Notes: generated from the letters alone by a model not told the origin. 64,000 nt of DNA from Thermoanaerobaculia bacterium (GCA_963781065.1 CAWAET010000002.1:146462-210461), one strand, 5' to 3'; positions 47,410 through 58,018 are shown, counted from the first letter of the stretch. Program-made: numbers and translations.

Positions 47410-48032
47410 CGCGCCGCCCCGGCGGTCGCGCCAAGCAGCCGGCGAGCCCGGCGCAGGTCGTCCGGCCGGTTGAGGTTGAGCAGCAGCTCGGGGCGGTAGC
47501 AGTCGAGCTCGGCCTTGATCGGCACCGCGACGCCACCGATCGCCATGAAGAAGCCGCGCACCGCAAGCTCGCCGGCCCGCAGCCGCGCCTCCGCCACGGC
47601 GCGCGCGGCCGGCGAGTAGACGCCGCACAGCGGCTGGGTTCCGGCGGCGTCGGCCGCCGCCCAGCCGGCCTCGTCCGGAGCCTCCGCCGCCCGCGCCGCG
47701 GCGAACGCAGCCAGGTAGCGCACCAGATCGGCTTCGACAAACGGCAGGTCGCAGGCCAGGGCGAAGATCGCCCGGCCCCCGGCACGCTCGAGCCCGGCGT
47801 GCAGGCCGGCGAGCGGCCCGCGGCCGGGGAATCGGTCCGGCACCGCCTCGACCCCGGCCGGTGCCGCGCCGGCAGGGCCGGCGACGACCACCTCGCCGCA
47901 GGCCTCCACCAGCACCGCGGCGGCGCGATGGGCCAGGGGCGTGCCGGTCCACGGCAGCGTCGCCTTGTCGCGGCCGAGCCGCCGGCTGGCGCCGCCGGCC
48001 AGAACCACGCCCAGGATGTCGAAGTCGCTCAT
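47406..48032 (-). CDS. mobA: Molybdenum cofactor guanylyltransferase
   Basis: MSDFDILGVVLAGGASRRLGRDKATLPW...VPDRFPGRGPLAGLHAGL...LACDLPF. Confidence 0.8.
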   Translation of the reverse strand: MSDFDILGVVLAGGASRRLGRDKATLPWTGTPLAHRAAAVLVEACGEVVVAGPAGAAPAGVEAVPDRFPGRGPLAGLHAGLERAGGRAIFALACDLPFVEADLVRYLAAFAAARAAEAPDEAGWAAADAAGTQPLCGVYSPAARAVAEARLRAGELAVRGFFMAIGGVAVPIKAELDCYRPELLLNLNRPDDLRRARRLLGATAGAAR

Positions 48033-48086
48033 GCGAGACGTCCCACCGGGACGGGCGGATCGTAGCAGGGGCGCCGCGAGCCGTAC

Positions 48087-48279
48087 GGCGCACTAGCCCG
48101 ACCTTCTCACCGGCTCTCGCAGCGAGCCGGCGTAGGTGCCTGAAGATGTGGGACTTGCCGACCGAGGGCACCACAGGCGTACTTGAAGTACGTCGAGGAT
48201 GACCGACCGAGGGAAGTCTCGCAGATTCAGGTACCTACGTCGGCGCAGTCGAGAGCTGGTGAGAAGGTCGGGCTAGCGC
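48087..48279. repeat. Nested imperfect palindrome of about 190 nt (MITE-like element or long structured RNA)
   Basis: Outer arms 48093-48119 / 48250-48276 form 27 contiguous pairs. Middle arms are 48126-48156 / 48214-48244. The central palindrome CGTACTT-G-AAGTACG is at 48178-48192. An 11-bp direct repeat CCGACCGAGGG occurs at 48158-48168 and 48203-48213. CTAG sits at both outer ends. Confidence 0.7.
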
Positions 48280-50552
48280 AGGAACGAGCGGTGAACCAGC
48301 CGCGAATGGCTGATCCACGAGGTGTCCGGGATCAGCCCGGCGGGCAGCGGCGGCGTCTCCGGCAGGCCCCAGAACTGCTCGGTCAGGTGCAGCTCGACCG
48401 GCCAGCGGTCGGGTAGCTCGAAGGCGACCTCCAGCCCCTCGGGGGGCAGGCCGGCGAGCTCCAGCCGCAGCGGTCTCGCGGCCTCGTCGGCGCCGCGCTC
48501 GAAGCGCTGTCCGGCCAGCTCGACGGCGGTGATCTGGACTGTCGAGACGGCCTCGACCCGCAGCATCGGCGCGCCGCCGGGCGAGCGCAGCCGCACGGTC
48601 AGCCGGCGGCCGTCCCGCCGCAGATCCTCGACCACCACCGCCTCCGGTCCGGCGGCCGTGGCGGCAACGGCGGGGCTCTTGAGGATCGGCCGCTCCGGCA
48701 GACCGAGAGACGGCGGCGCCCGCCACGACTGTGGCGCGCCACCAAGCCGCTCGACGATCCACGGATGCGGCCGCGCGTCGCGGCTGAGCCAGAAGCCGGC
48801 ACCCTGGTCCAGGTCCTCGAGACGGAGCAGGTCCGCCGTGCGCGGCCGCTCGGCGTCGGGGACGCCCCAGACCGAGGCGGCCAGGGCCACCAGACAGCCG
48901 ACCAGCGCCGCCAGCGCAACCCCCTGCCGCTCGCCGGCCGCCGCTCGCAGCGCCGGCAGGGCGAGGACCGCGATCAGCGCCGCCGGTGCCAGCGCCGCCG
49001 CGGCCAGTTGCGGCGTCAACGCCAGGAAGATCTGCTCGGCCAGCGGCGTCAGAAGCGCCACTCCGGGCAGCGCGCCCGCGCTCAGCAACAGCACCGCCAC
49101 CGGCCGCGGCAGGTCCGCCGCCACGACCACGGCCGCGGCGCCCAGCAGCCCCCAGAGCGGCCACCAGAACAGAAAACCGGTACCGGGCAGAAGCGCGGCG
49201 CTCACCAGCGCGAGGACCGCCAGCAGCAACGCCACGCCTAGCGCCGTCTCGGCCGGCCGCGACCGCCGGCTCAACCCCACCGGCACGGCCGCCGCCGCCA
49301 GCCCGCCTAGAAACAGCGCGACGCCGCACAGCTCCAGACGGTGCGGCAGGCCGTATGGAGTGTCCAGCAGCGCTCCGGCGTTGTCGGCAAAGAGCTTCCA
49401 GAGCAGCGCCCCGGCCAGCGGCACGATCACCAGAACGGTCAGCCCGAGCGCCGCCGCCCTCGCGAGGGCGCGGCCGTCGAGCCGACCGCGCCTGATGCCG
49501 GCAATCGCCAGCGCCAGGGCGAGCGCCGCCAGGATCGCCGCCAGCGGCACGATCGCGCCGGCCGGGAGCACGAGCAGCCAGCTGCCGAGCGGGTTGAACC
49601 AGACGCCCCCCGCCGGCCGCGATGCCCCCGGCCAGCCGTCGAGCTGGCGAATCAGCGCCACCGCGTTGGCGCCGGCGTGCTGCAGGCTTCCCGGGTCCAG
49701 TCGGTCGACGGTGTCGAGCGCCGTGTGGTAGGCGTCGAGCCCGCCGAGAAAAGCGAAGTTGAGACCGCTCGCGCCGCGCGCGCGGAAGGCGCTGAAGTCG
49801 CTGTCGTTGGGCATCCGCTCGTACACCGCGGCGCTCAGCGAGGTGGCCATCGGATGCGGCGCGGCGCGGGCGAAAACCCGCACCAGGTCGAGATCTCCCC
49901 GGCCGGTCTCGAACATCACCGCCGGTCCGCGCGAGCCGCGCGCCTCGAAGTTCAGCGCCACCTCCACCTCCGCCATCCAGGGATGCTCGGCGGCGAAGCC
50001 GCGAGCGCCGAGCAGGCCGAGCTCCTCGCCGTCGGTGAGCAGCACGATCAGATCCCTCGCCGGCGGCGGCCCCTGCGCCAGCGCCCGCACGGTCTCGAGC
50101 ACCACCGCCACCCCCGAGCCGTCGTCGCTGGCGCCCGGGGTGTTGGGCCGGCTGTCGTAGTGGGCCGCCAGCAGCACCGGGCCGGCGCCGCCGCGGCCCG
50201 CGCGGCGGCCGACCAGGTTGCGCACGCGCGCCGCGCGGATCAAACCCTGCCGCTCCCGGGCGACGATCGTCTCCTGCACGCGTGGCGCCAGCTCCAGCGC
50301 CGCCATCCGGGCGAGCAGGTAGTCGCGCGCCGCCCGGTGGCCCGGCGAGCCCACCGGTCGCGGCTGCCGCGCCAGCTCGCGGACGTCGATCAGGGCGCGG
50401 CCGGCGGCGAAGCGGTGAGCGGCGGCGGCGGCCGGCAGCGGCCGAGGCGGCCGCGCCAGCCAGAGCGATAGCGCCGCCGCCAGAGCCACCAGAGCCAGTC
50501 CGGCGGCGCCGGCCAGCCTCTCGCGGGCTCTGCCGAGGCCTTCTTCACTCAT
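48273..50552 (-). CDS. Membrane-bound M28-family aminopeptidase
   Basis: 759-aa ORF. The N-terminal M28 domain has AAHYDSRPNTPGASDDGSGVAVVLE and LLTDGEELGLLG motifs. Multiple hydrophobic helices follow, then a C-terminal soluble region. Confidence 0.8.
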   Translation of the reverse strand: MSEEGLGRARERLAGAAGLALVALAAALSLWLARPPRPLPAAAAAHRFAAGRALIDVRELARQPRPVGSPGHRAARDYLLARMAALELAPRVQETIVARERQGLIRAARVRNLVGRRAGRGGAGPVLLAAHYDSRPNTPGASDDGSGVAVVLETVRALAQGPPPARDLIVLLTDGEELGLLGARGFAAEHPWMAEVEVALNFEARGSRGPAVMFETGRGDLDLVRVFARAAPHPMATSLSAAVYERMPNDSDFSAFRARGASGLNFAFLGGLDAYHTALDTVDRLDPGSLQHAGANAVALIRQLDGWPGASRPAGGVWFNPLGSWLLVLPAGAIVPLAAILAALALALAIAGIRRGRLDGRALARAAALGLTVLVIVPLAGALLWKLFADNAGALLDTPYGLPHRLELCGVALFLGGLAAAAVPVGLSRRSRPAETALGVALLLAVLALVSAALLPGTGFLFWWPLWGLLGAAAVVVAADLPRPVAVLLLSAGALPGVALLTPLAEQIFLALTPQLAAAALAPAALIAVLALPALRAAAGERQGVALAALVGCLVALAASVWGVPDAERPRTADLLRLEDLDQGAGFWLSRDARPHPWIVERLGGAPQSWRAPPSLGLPERPILKSPAVAATAAGPEAVVVEDLRRDGRRLTVRLRSPGGAPMLRVEAVSTVQITAVELAGQRFERGADEAARPLRLELAGLPPEGLEVAFELPDRWPVELHLTEQFWGLPETPPLPAGLIPDTSWISHSRLVHRSFLR

Positions 50553-50632
50553 GCTACTGTCACGAAAGATACTGATTGACCAGACGAACGCAAATCGGCG
50601 TGACGTCAGGGCGCGGGGAGGGAGGGAAACCG

Positions 50633-51022
50633 ATGAAGATTCTCGTAGCCGACGACGAGCCCCAGGTGCTCGACGTCGTCGCCCGCATCCTCGACGGCGC
50701 CGGCCACCATGTCCTGACCGCGATCGACGGCAACGAGGCCCTACGGCGGGTCTACGAGACCCACCCCGACCTCGTCCTGCTGGACATCCGCATGCCGCAC
50801 AAGGACGGAACGACCGTGGCGCAGCAGATGCGCGACGACCCGCGCACGCGCGAGATCCCGGTGGTCTTCCTCACCGGCCTGATCCGCGCCTCCGAGGCCG
50901 ATCACCGCGGCGGCCACCACCTCTTCCTGGCCAAGCCTTTCGTGGCTCGCGAACTGCTCGAGATCGTCGAGCGCGCGACCGCCGATAGCGACGACGCACC
51001 GGCGCCCCCGCCGGCTGGCTGA
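50633..51022 (+). CDS. Stand-alone response regulator receiver protein
   Basis: ATG 50633 follows GGGGAGGGAGGGA. MKILVADDEP...DLVLLDIRMPHKDG...IPVVFLTG...FLAKPF. Confidence 0.8.
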   Translation: MKILVADDEPQVLDVVARILDGAGHHVLTAIDGNEALRRVYETHPDLVLLDIRMPHKDGTTVAQQMRDDPRTREIPVVFLTGLIRASEADHRGGHHLFLAKPFVARELLEIVERATADSDDAPAPPPAG

Positions 51023-51138
51023 CCGCCCGCGCGGCCGGCTCGCGGGCCGGCCCGGCGCGGGATCGATGGCGCCGTTTGACTTGGCGGCCCGGGCGCGTCA
51101 GCATTCCACCACTCCTCCCCGGAGAAAGAGAGTGGAAG

Positions 51139-51699
51139 ATGGCTTTGGAAAAGCGCGACGATCGCGATCTGATCGCCGCCTACCTGCGCGGCGAGACGGA
51201 GGCGGTCGCCGCCATGGAGATCTTGATCCTGCGCGCCGCACGCTCCTATCGCCGCCGGCTGGACCACTGCTGGGAGGACGTTCTCCAGGATCTGCAGCTC
51301 GAGATCTACCGGCTGCTCCACGCCGGACGCTTCCGTGGTGAGTCGGCGCTCGCCACCTATGTCTGGCGGGTCGTCAGTCACACCTGCCTCGACCGCATCC
51401 GCTCGCAGGGACGGCGGCGCGAGACCGATCTCGAAGAGGAGGGGCTGGGCGAGATGTCGGCGCTGGTCTCCAGCCGGCGACGGCGGTGGTCCGAGTCGCT
51501 CGACCTGGTCCAGAGAGTCCTGGCCGAGGTGCCGGTAGAGTGCCGGCGGCTTTGGCAGATGGTCCTGGCCGGGCACAGCTATCGCGAGATGAGCGTCACT
51601 CTCGAGGTCGCCGAGGGCACCCTCCGGGTGCGCGTCCTGCGCTGCCGCAAGAAGGCCCTGGAAGCGCGCGATCGTCTGCTGGCGACGCCCCGGATGTAG
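51139..51699 (+). CDS. ECF-type RNA polymerase sigma factor
   Basis: MALEKRDDRDLIAAYLRGETEA...DVLQDLQLEIYR (region 2) and SYREMSVTLEVAEGTLRVRVLRCRKKA (region 4 HTH). Confidence 0.8.
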   Translation: MALEKRDDRDLIAAYLRGETEAVAAMEILILRAARSYRRRLDHCWEDVLQDLQLEIYRLLHAGRFRGESALATYVWRVVSHTCLDRIRSQGRRRETDLEEEGLGEMSALVSSRRRRWSESLDLVQRVLAEVPVECRRLWQMVLAGHSYREMSVTLEVAEGTLRVRVLRCRKKALEARDRLLATPRM

Positions 51700-51745
51700 C
51701 GAAACCGACCGCGGAACGCCCAACCTAGCAGGGAGGGACCATTAA

Positions 51746-52627
51746 GTGGACTGCCAACAAGTCGCCGAACTGCTGCCCTGGTTGCTGAACGGCACCCTGG
51801 AGGGCGCCGAGCGGAGCGATCTCGAGCAACACCTGGAGGGCTGTGACGTCTGCCGGGCCGAGCTGCGCGAGGCCGAGGCGGCGCGGCTCCTGTTCGGCGG
51901 CCACCCGCCGGTCGAGATGCTGGTGGAGCACGCCGCGGACGAGCCCGAGGCGGCGCAAGCCCTCGTCGAGGCCCACCTCGCCGGTTGCGACAGCTGCACC
52001 GAGGAGTTGGCCCTGGTGCTCGACAGTCGTCGCGCGATGGCGGGCGCGACGGCGGCCGTGGCCACGCCGGCGGCCCCTGCCAACGTCGTGCCCCTGCGGC
52101 AGCCGCGGGCGGCGCAGCCGATCTGGCGCGCGGCCGCCGTGGCCGCGGCGGTGATCGGCCTGGTCGGTGCCGGCGGCGGCCTGTGGAGCTGGCGCGCCCT
52201 GGACCTCGAGCGCAGCGGCTTCGCCGAGCGCCAGCGCGCCGCCGACGGGCGCATCGCCGAGCTCGAGGCCGAGCTCCGCGGAGGCGCAGGCGTCCGGCTC
52301 AACGTGGCGATCCACGACCTGTGGCCGAACGACTCGTTCGTCCGCTCGGCGGACAGCGGCCCCTTGCAGCTGCCGGCCGGGGACCGCCCGCCGGCCACCC
52401 TGATCCTCAACTCACAGCTCGCGCCCGGCCAGGAGGTCGCCCGGCTGGAGATCAGGAAGGCCGAAGGGCGAGAGCTTCACAGCCTGGGAGGCGTCCGGGT
52501 CGATGCCGACGGCAGCATCACCATGAGCCTCGACCTCGCCCAGCTACCCCGCGGCGAGCTGCAAATCGTGCTCTTCGGACCCGACGGCGCGGCGCCGCTC
52601 GAGACCTACTCGTTCGAGCTCCGCTGA
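51746..52627 (+). CDS. Anti-sigma factor (zf-HC2) with one TM helix and an extracytoplasmic domain
   Basis: The GTG start gives MDCQQVAELLPWLLNGTLEGAERSDLEQHLEGCDVCRAEL (H-x3-C-x2-C). The TM helix is WRAAAVAAAVIGLVGAGGGLW. Confidence 0.7.
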   Translation: MDCQQVAELLPWLLNGTLEGAERSDLEQHLEGCDVCRAELREAEAARLLFGGHPPVEMLVEHAADEPEAAQALVEAHLAGCDSCTEELALVLDSRRAMAGATAAVATPAAPANVVPLRQPRAAQPIWRAAAVAAAVIGLVGAGGGLWSWRALDLERSGFAERQRAADGRIAELEAELRGGAGVRLNVAIHDLWPNDSFVRSADSGPLQLPAGDRPPATLILNSQLAPGQEVARLEIRKAEGRELHSLGGVRVDADGSITMSLDLAQLPRGELQIVLFGPDGAAPLETYSFELR

Positions 52628-52652
52628 GCCCGCTCGGGTAGACTCGGCCTCC

Positions 52653-54293
52653 ATGCGCGCCGCCCGGCCCAGCGCCCGACACCGGCTAGCCGCCCCCGTG
52701 GCGATGGCGGCGCTGGCGCTGGCGCTATCCCCCGCGGCCGGCGCCCACGACGAAGAGGGCGAGACCAAGGAGACCGCGGGCGGCGCTCCCGGCATCCAGT
52801 ACAGCCTCGGACCGGCCCGCTGCCTCGACGGCAAGGCCGGGCAGTTCCCCTGCAACCGGGTCGACCTGCTGAGCGCGGTGGCGGTGGCCGACATGGGTGC
52901 CGAGAAGGCCAACGACATCTGGGGCTGGACCGATCCCGCCACCGGCCGCGAATACGCTCTCGTCGGGCTGATCAACGGCGTCGGCTTCGTCGACCTCAGC
53001 GATCCCGAAGCGCCGCTGGTAGTGGGCCACTTGCCGACCCGCACCGAGAGCTCGAGCTGGCGCGACCTCAAGGTCTACGAGGATCACCTGTTCGTCGTCA
53101 GCGAGGCCGACAATCACGGTCTGCAGGTCTTCGACCTGAAACGGCTGCGCAACGCCACCGACCCGCCGGCGGTCTTCGCCGCCACCGCCGAGTACACCGG
53201 GTTCGGCTCGGCTCACAACCTGGCGATCAACGAAGCCAGCGGCTTCGCCTACGCCGTCGGCACCGGCGCGAGCGACGGCTGCGCGGGCGGCCTGCACATG
53301 GTCGACATCAGCCAGCCCACCGCGCCTCGGTTCGCCGGCTGCTTTGCCGCCGACGGCTACACCCACGACGTCCAGTGCGTCAGATACGACGGTCCCGACA
53401 CCGACCACACCGCCAAGGAGATCTGCTTCGCCGCCAACGAGGACACCCTGACCATCGTCGACGTCACCGACAAGAACGCGCCGGCGCAGATCTCGCGCAC
53501 CGGCTACCCGGGCGCCGGCTACACCCACCAGGGTTGGCTCGCCGGCGACCACCGGTTCTTCCTGGCCGACGACGAGCTCGACGAGACCAGGAGCGGTCAC
53601 AAGACCCGCACCTACATCTGGGACCTGCACGACCTCGACGCGCCGCGGCTCGCCGGCAGCCACGAGGCGACCACCCGGGCGATCGACCACAACCTCTATA
53701 TCCGCGGCCGCCACGCCTACCAGGCCAACTATCGCGCCGGCCTGCGCATCCTCGAGCTCACCAACCCGGCCGCCGGCAAGATCGCCCAGCGGGCCTTCTT
53801 CGACGTCTACCCCGCCGACGACGAGCCCGGCTTCAACGGCGCCTGGAGCGTCTACCCCTACTTCTCGAGCGGCATCGTCATCATCAGCTCGATCGAGTCC
53901 GGCCTGTTCGTCGTCCGGCCGCGGCTGGGAACCGACCTCGAGACCCGGATCACCGGCCTCGACACCGACCGCGTCGCCTGCCGCGACGAGACGGCGCGCA
54001 CCGGCGGCGCCCTCGAGCTCGACGGCGACCCCACCTGGACCTGCCGCGACGCCGGCCTCCGGCTGCCGCCGGGCAACCGGCTGCGCCAAGACCTGCGAGG
54101 CACCGCCACCCGCCGGCGGGTCAACGGCCGCGCCACCGGCCTCACCCCGGGCCTGGTCCGCTGCCGCAACCTGACCAGCGGCGAGATGGTCGAGCAGCGC
54201 TCCCAGCGCCTGCGCTTCGACTGCGCCGCCCTCGGCCTGCCGGCCGCGCCCGGTGACCGGATGCTGATCCAGATCTGGGGCCGGGTGGACTGA
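52653..54293 (+). CDS. Choice-of-anchor B / LVIVD-repeat beta-propeller secreted protein
   Basis: Signal peptide, then GQFPCNRVDLLSAV...NDIWGWTDPATGREYALVG...FVDLSDPEAPLVVGHLPT...SSWRDLKVYEDHLFVVSEADNHGLQVFDL, characteristic of the family. Confidence 0.7.
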   Translation: MRAARPSARHRLAAPVAMAALALALSPAAGAHDEEGETKETAGGAPGIQYSLGPARCLDGKAGQFPCNRVDLLSAVAVADMGAEKANDIWGWTDPATGREYALVGLINGVGFVDLSDPEAPLVVGHLPTRTESSSWRDLKVYEDHLFVVSEADNHGLQVFDLKRLRNATDPPAVFAATAEYTGFGSAHNLAINEASGFAYAVGTGASDGCAGGLHMVDISQPTAPRFAGCFAADGYTHDVQCVRYDGPDTDHTAKEICFAANEDTLTIVDVTDKNAPAQISRTGYPGAGYTHQGWLAGDHRFFLADDELDETRSGHKTRTYIWDLHDLDAPRLAGSHEATTRAIDHNLYIRGRHAYQANYRAGLRILELTNPAAGKIAQRAFFDVYPADDEPGFNGAWSVYPYFSSGIVIISSIESGLFVVRPRLGTDLETRITGLDTDRVACRDETARTGGALELDGDPTWTCRDAGLRLPPGNRLRQDLRGTATRRRVNGRATGLTPGLVRCRNLTSGEMVEQRSQRLRFDCAALGLPAAPGDRMLIQIWGRVD

Positions 54294-54342
54294 CGGCCTT
54301 CCAAGCCGTGGGTCGCGGGTTCGTTTCCCGTCTCCCGCTCCA
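54293..54342 (+). pseudogene. 3' half of a tRNA-Gly(UCC): anticodon arm, variable loop, T arm, 3' acceptor strand, CCA. No 5' half is present.
   Basis: ACGGC-CTTCCAA-GCCGT (anticodon TCC), GGGTC, GCGGG-TTCGTTT-CCCGT, CTCCCGC-T-CCA. No GCGGGAG acceptor strand or D arm is found upstream, where the sequence is the 3' end of the preceding CDS. Confidence 0.7.
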
Positions 54343-54494
54343 TCTTCCTTCTCGGAGAGAACCCCAAACGTGTTACGTTTTGGGCGCCTGAAGGACCCAG
54401 AAACCGCTCCTCGCCGGTCCCGCCGGCTGCGTGCGGTTTCGCACCCCGCGGGTGCTCGGAGCGGCGAAGCCAGAGCGACCGACACAGCGATGCC

Positions 54495-54971
54495 ATGACG
54501 CCCGAGGAGGCCACAGCGATTCTCGCCGCGCTCGTCGACGAGGGCGTGGAGTTCGTCGTAATCGGCTCGATGGCCATGGCGGCCCAGGGTCTACCACGTG
54601 CGACCCAGGATCTCGACCTCTTCGTTGCACCCAGCATCGACAACCTGGAAGCTCTCAAGCGAGCGCTCGGATCTCTGTTCGACGACCCGAGCATCGAGGA
54701 GATCGATCCCGAGGAGCTGGCCGGGGCCTATCCCGCCATCCAGTACGTTCCGCCACACGGACGGTACTCCCTGGACTTCTTGACGCGATTGGGTGAGGCG
54801 TTCAGCTGGGAGGACCTCGACGCGGGTAGCGAGGAGCTAGCCTTCGAGGGCGTCACCGTGCGCGTTGCCACCCCAGGCATGCTCTATCGGATGAAGAAGG
54901 ACACGGTCCGGCCCCAGGACCGGGCTGATGCAGCCAGGATCCGAGAGGCTTTCGGCATCGAGGACGAGTGA
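54495..54971 (+). CDS. Nucleotidyltransferase-fold protein (DUF6036-like)
   Basis: 158-aa ORF: EFVVIGSMAMAAQGLPRATQDLDLFV...ATPGMLYRMKKDTVRPQDRADAARI. Lower GC and different codon usage from its neighbours. Confidence 0.6.
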   Translation: MTPEEATAILAALVDEGVEFVVIGSMAMAAQGLPRATQDLDLFVAPSIDNLEALKRALGSLFDDPSIEEIDPEELAGAYPAIQYVPPHGRYSLDFLTRLGEAFSWEDLDAGSEELAFEGVTVRVATPGMLYRMKKDTVRPQDRADAARIREAFGIEDE

Positions 54972-55204
54972 TGCCGGTCCGGAAGTACAGGACAGTGGGC
55001 GACATGCCAGGACCTCCACGCCGTCAACCACTCGACCCGCAAAACCTACGAATCGCATTCGAGCTGAGTGAGCTCGCGTTCGCCCTTCATCCCTGGCGAT
55101 TCGAGCCGGGTGTGCGCAAGTTCAGCTCGGCCGGTGAGGCGTCCCGACATCGGCAGGAGTGGGAGAAACAGCAGGCCGGGGCTGGGGCCTCGAGTCCTCG
55201 ATGA
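54968..55204 (+). CDS. Small hypothetical protein overlapping the nucleotidyltransferase stop
   Basis: GTG 54968 or ATG 54971 overlaps TGA 54969-54971. MPVRKYRTVGDMPGPPRRQPLDPQNLRIAFELSELAF.... No recognised domain. Confidence 0.4.
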   Translation: MMPVRKYRTVGDMPGPPRRQPLDPQNLRIAFELSELAFALHPWRFEPGVRKFSSAGEASRHRQEWEKQQAGAGASSPR

Positions 55205-55563
55205 GGTCGAGGGATTCCCCGCCGGCACGGTGAGACCGGCGAGCCCATCACCGGTGTCTGGTACGACCGAACGAGCGAATATCGAACCCTCCGAGATCAA
55301 GGCACGGACCGAAGAGATCCAAGCCCACATCATCCAGGAAACGACCTCGCGCCACCGGTCCAGGGGGTCTCGACCCCTGGACCGGCGTCGCATCCTGCGC
55401 CAACCGCCTCCCGCCTGGCCGCACCGCGTCCGACGTTCCCCAGCGCCGTGGTTTCACGCCGCCACCTGCGAGATCCGCAGAATGCTCGAGGCGATGTACC
55501 GGGCCTTCCTGGATCTGCGGGCCGAGGCCTTGGAGGCGCTGCGCGAGCCGAGCAAGCGGCTGC

Positions 55564-57945
<2,382 letters not shown>

Positions 57946-58018
57946 TGACGGACGAGTATACCGGCCCCGGCTGGTCTCGGGTCACGGCCGCTTGTGGCTA
58001 CAATCCCCTACAGATCCC

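Noticed and set aside
50601-50608. 8-bp palindrome TGACGTCA upstream of the response regulator, and the 10-bp AAGACGTCTT at 35856, as specific operator sites.
   Set aside because: These are short palindromes expected by chance in 64 kb. No second copy or promoter context supports them individually.
54220-54342. A complete tRNA-Gly gene.
   Set aside because: Only the anticodon arm through CCA is present. The upstream 70 nt lack the complementary acceptor strand and the D arm, and they encode the C-terminus of the preceding protein.
55205-55563. ORFs 55068..55670 (+), 55046..55393 (-) and 55448..55918 (+) as genes or as an integrase remnant.
   Set aside because: No frame gives recognisable integrase, transposase or other domain motifs. 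The region is treated as non-coding or decayed sequence within the lower-GC cassette.
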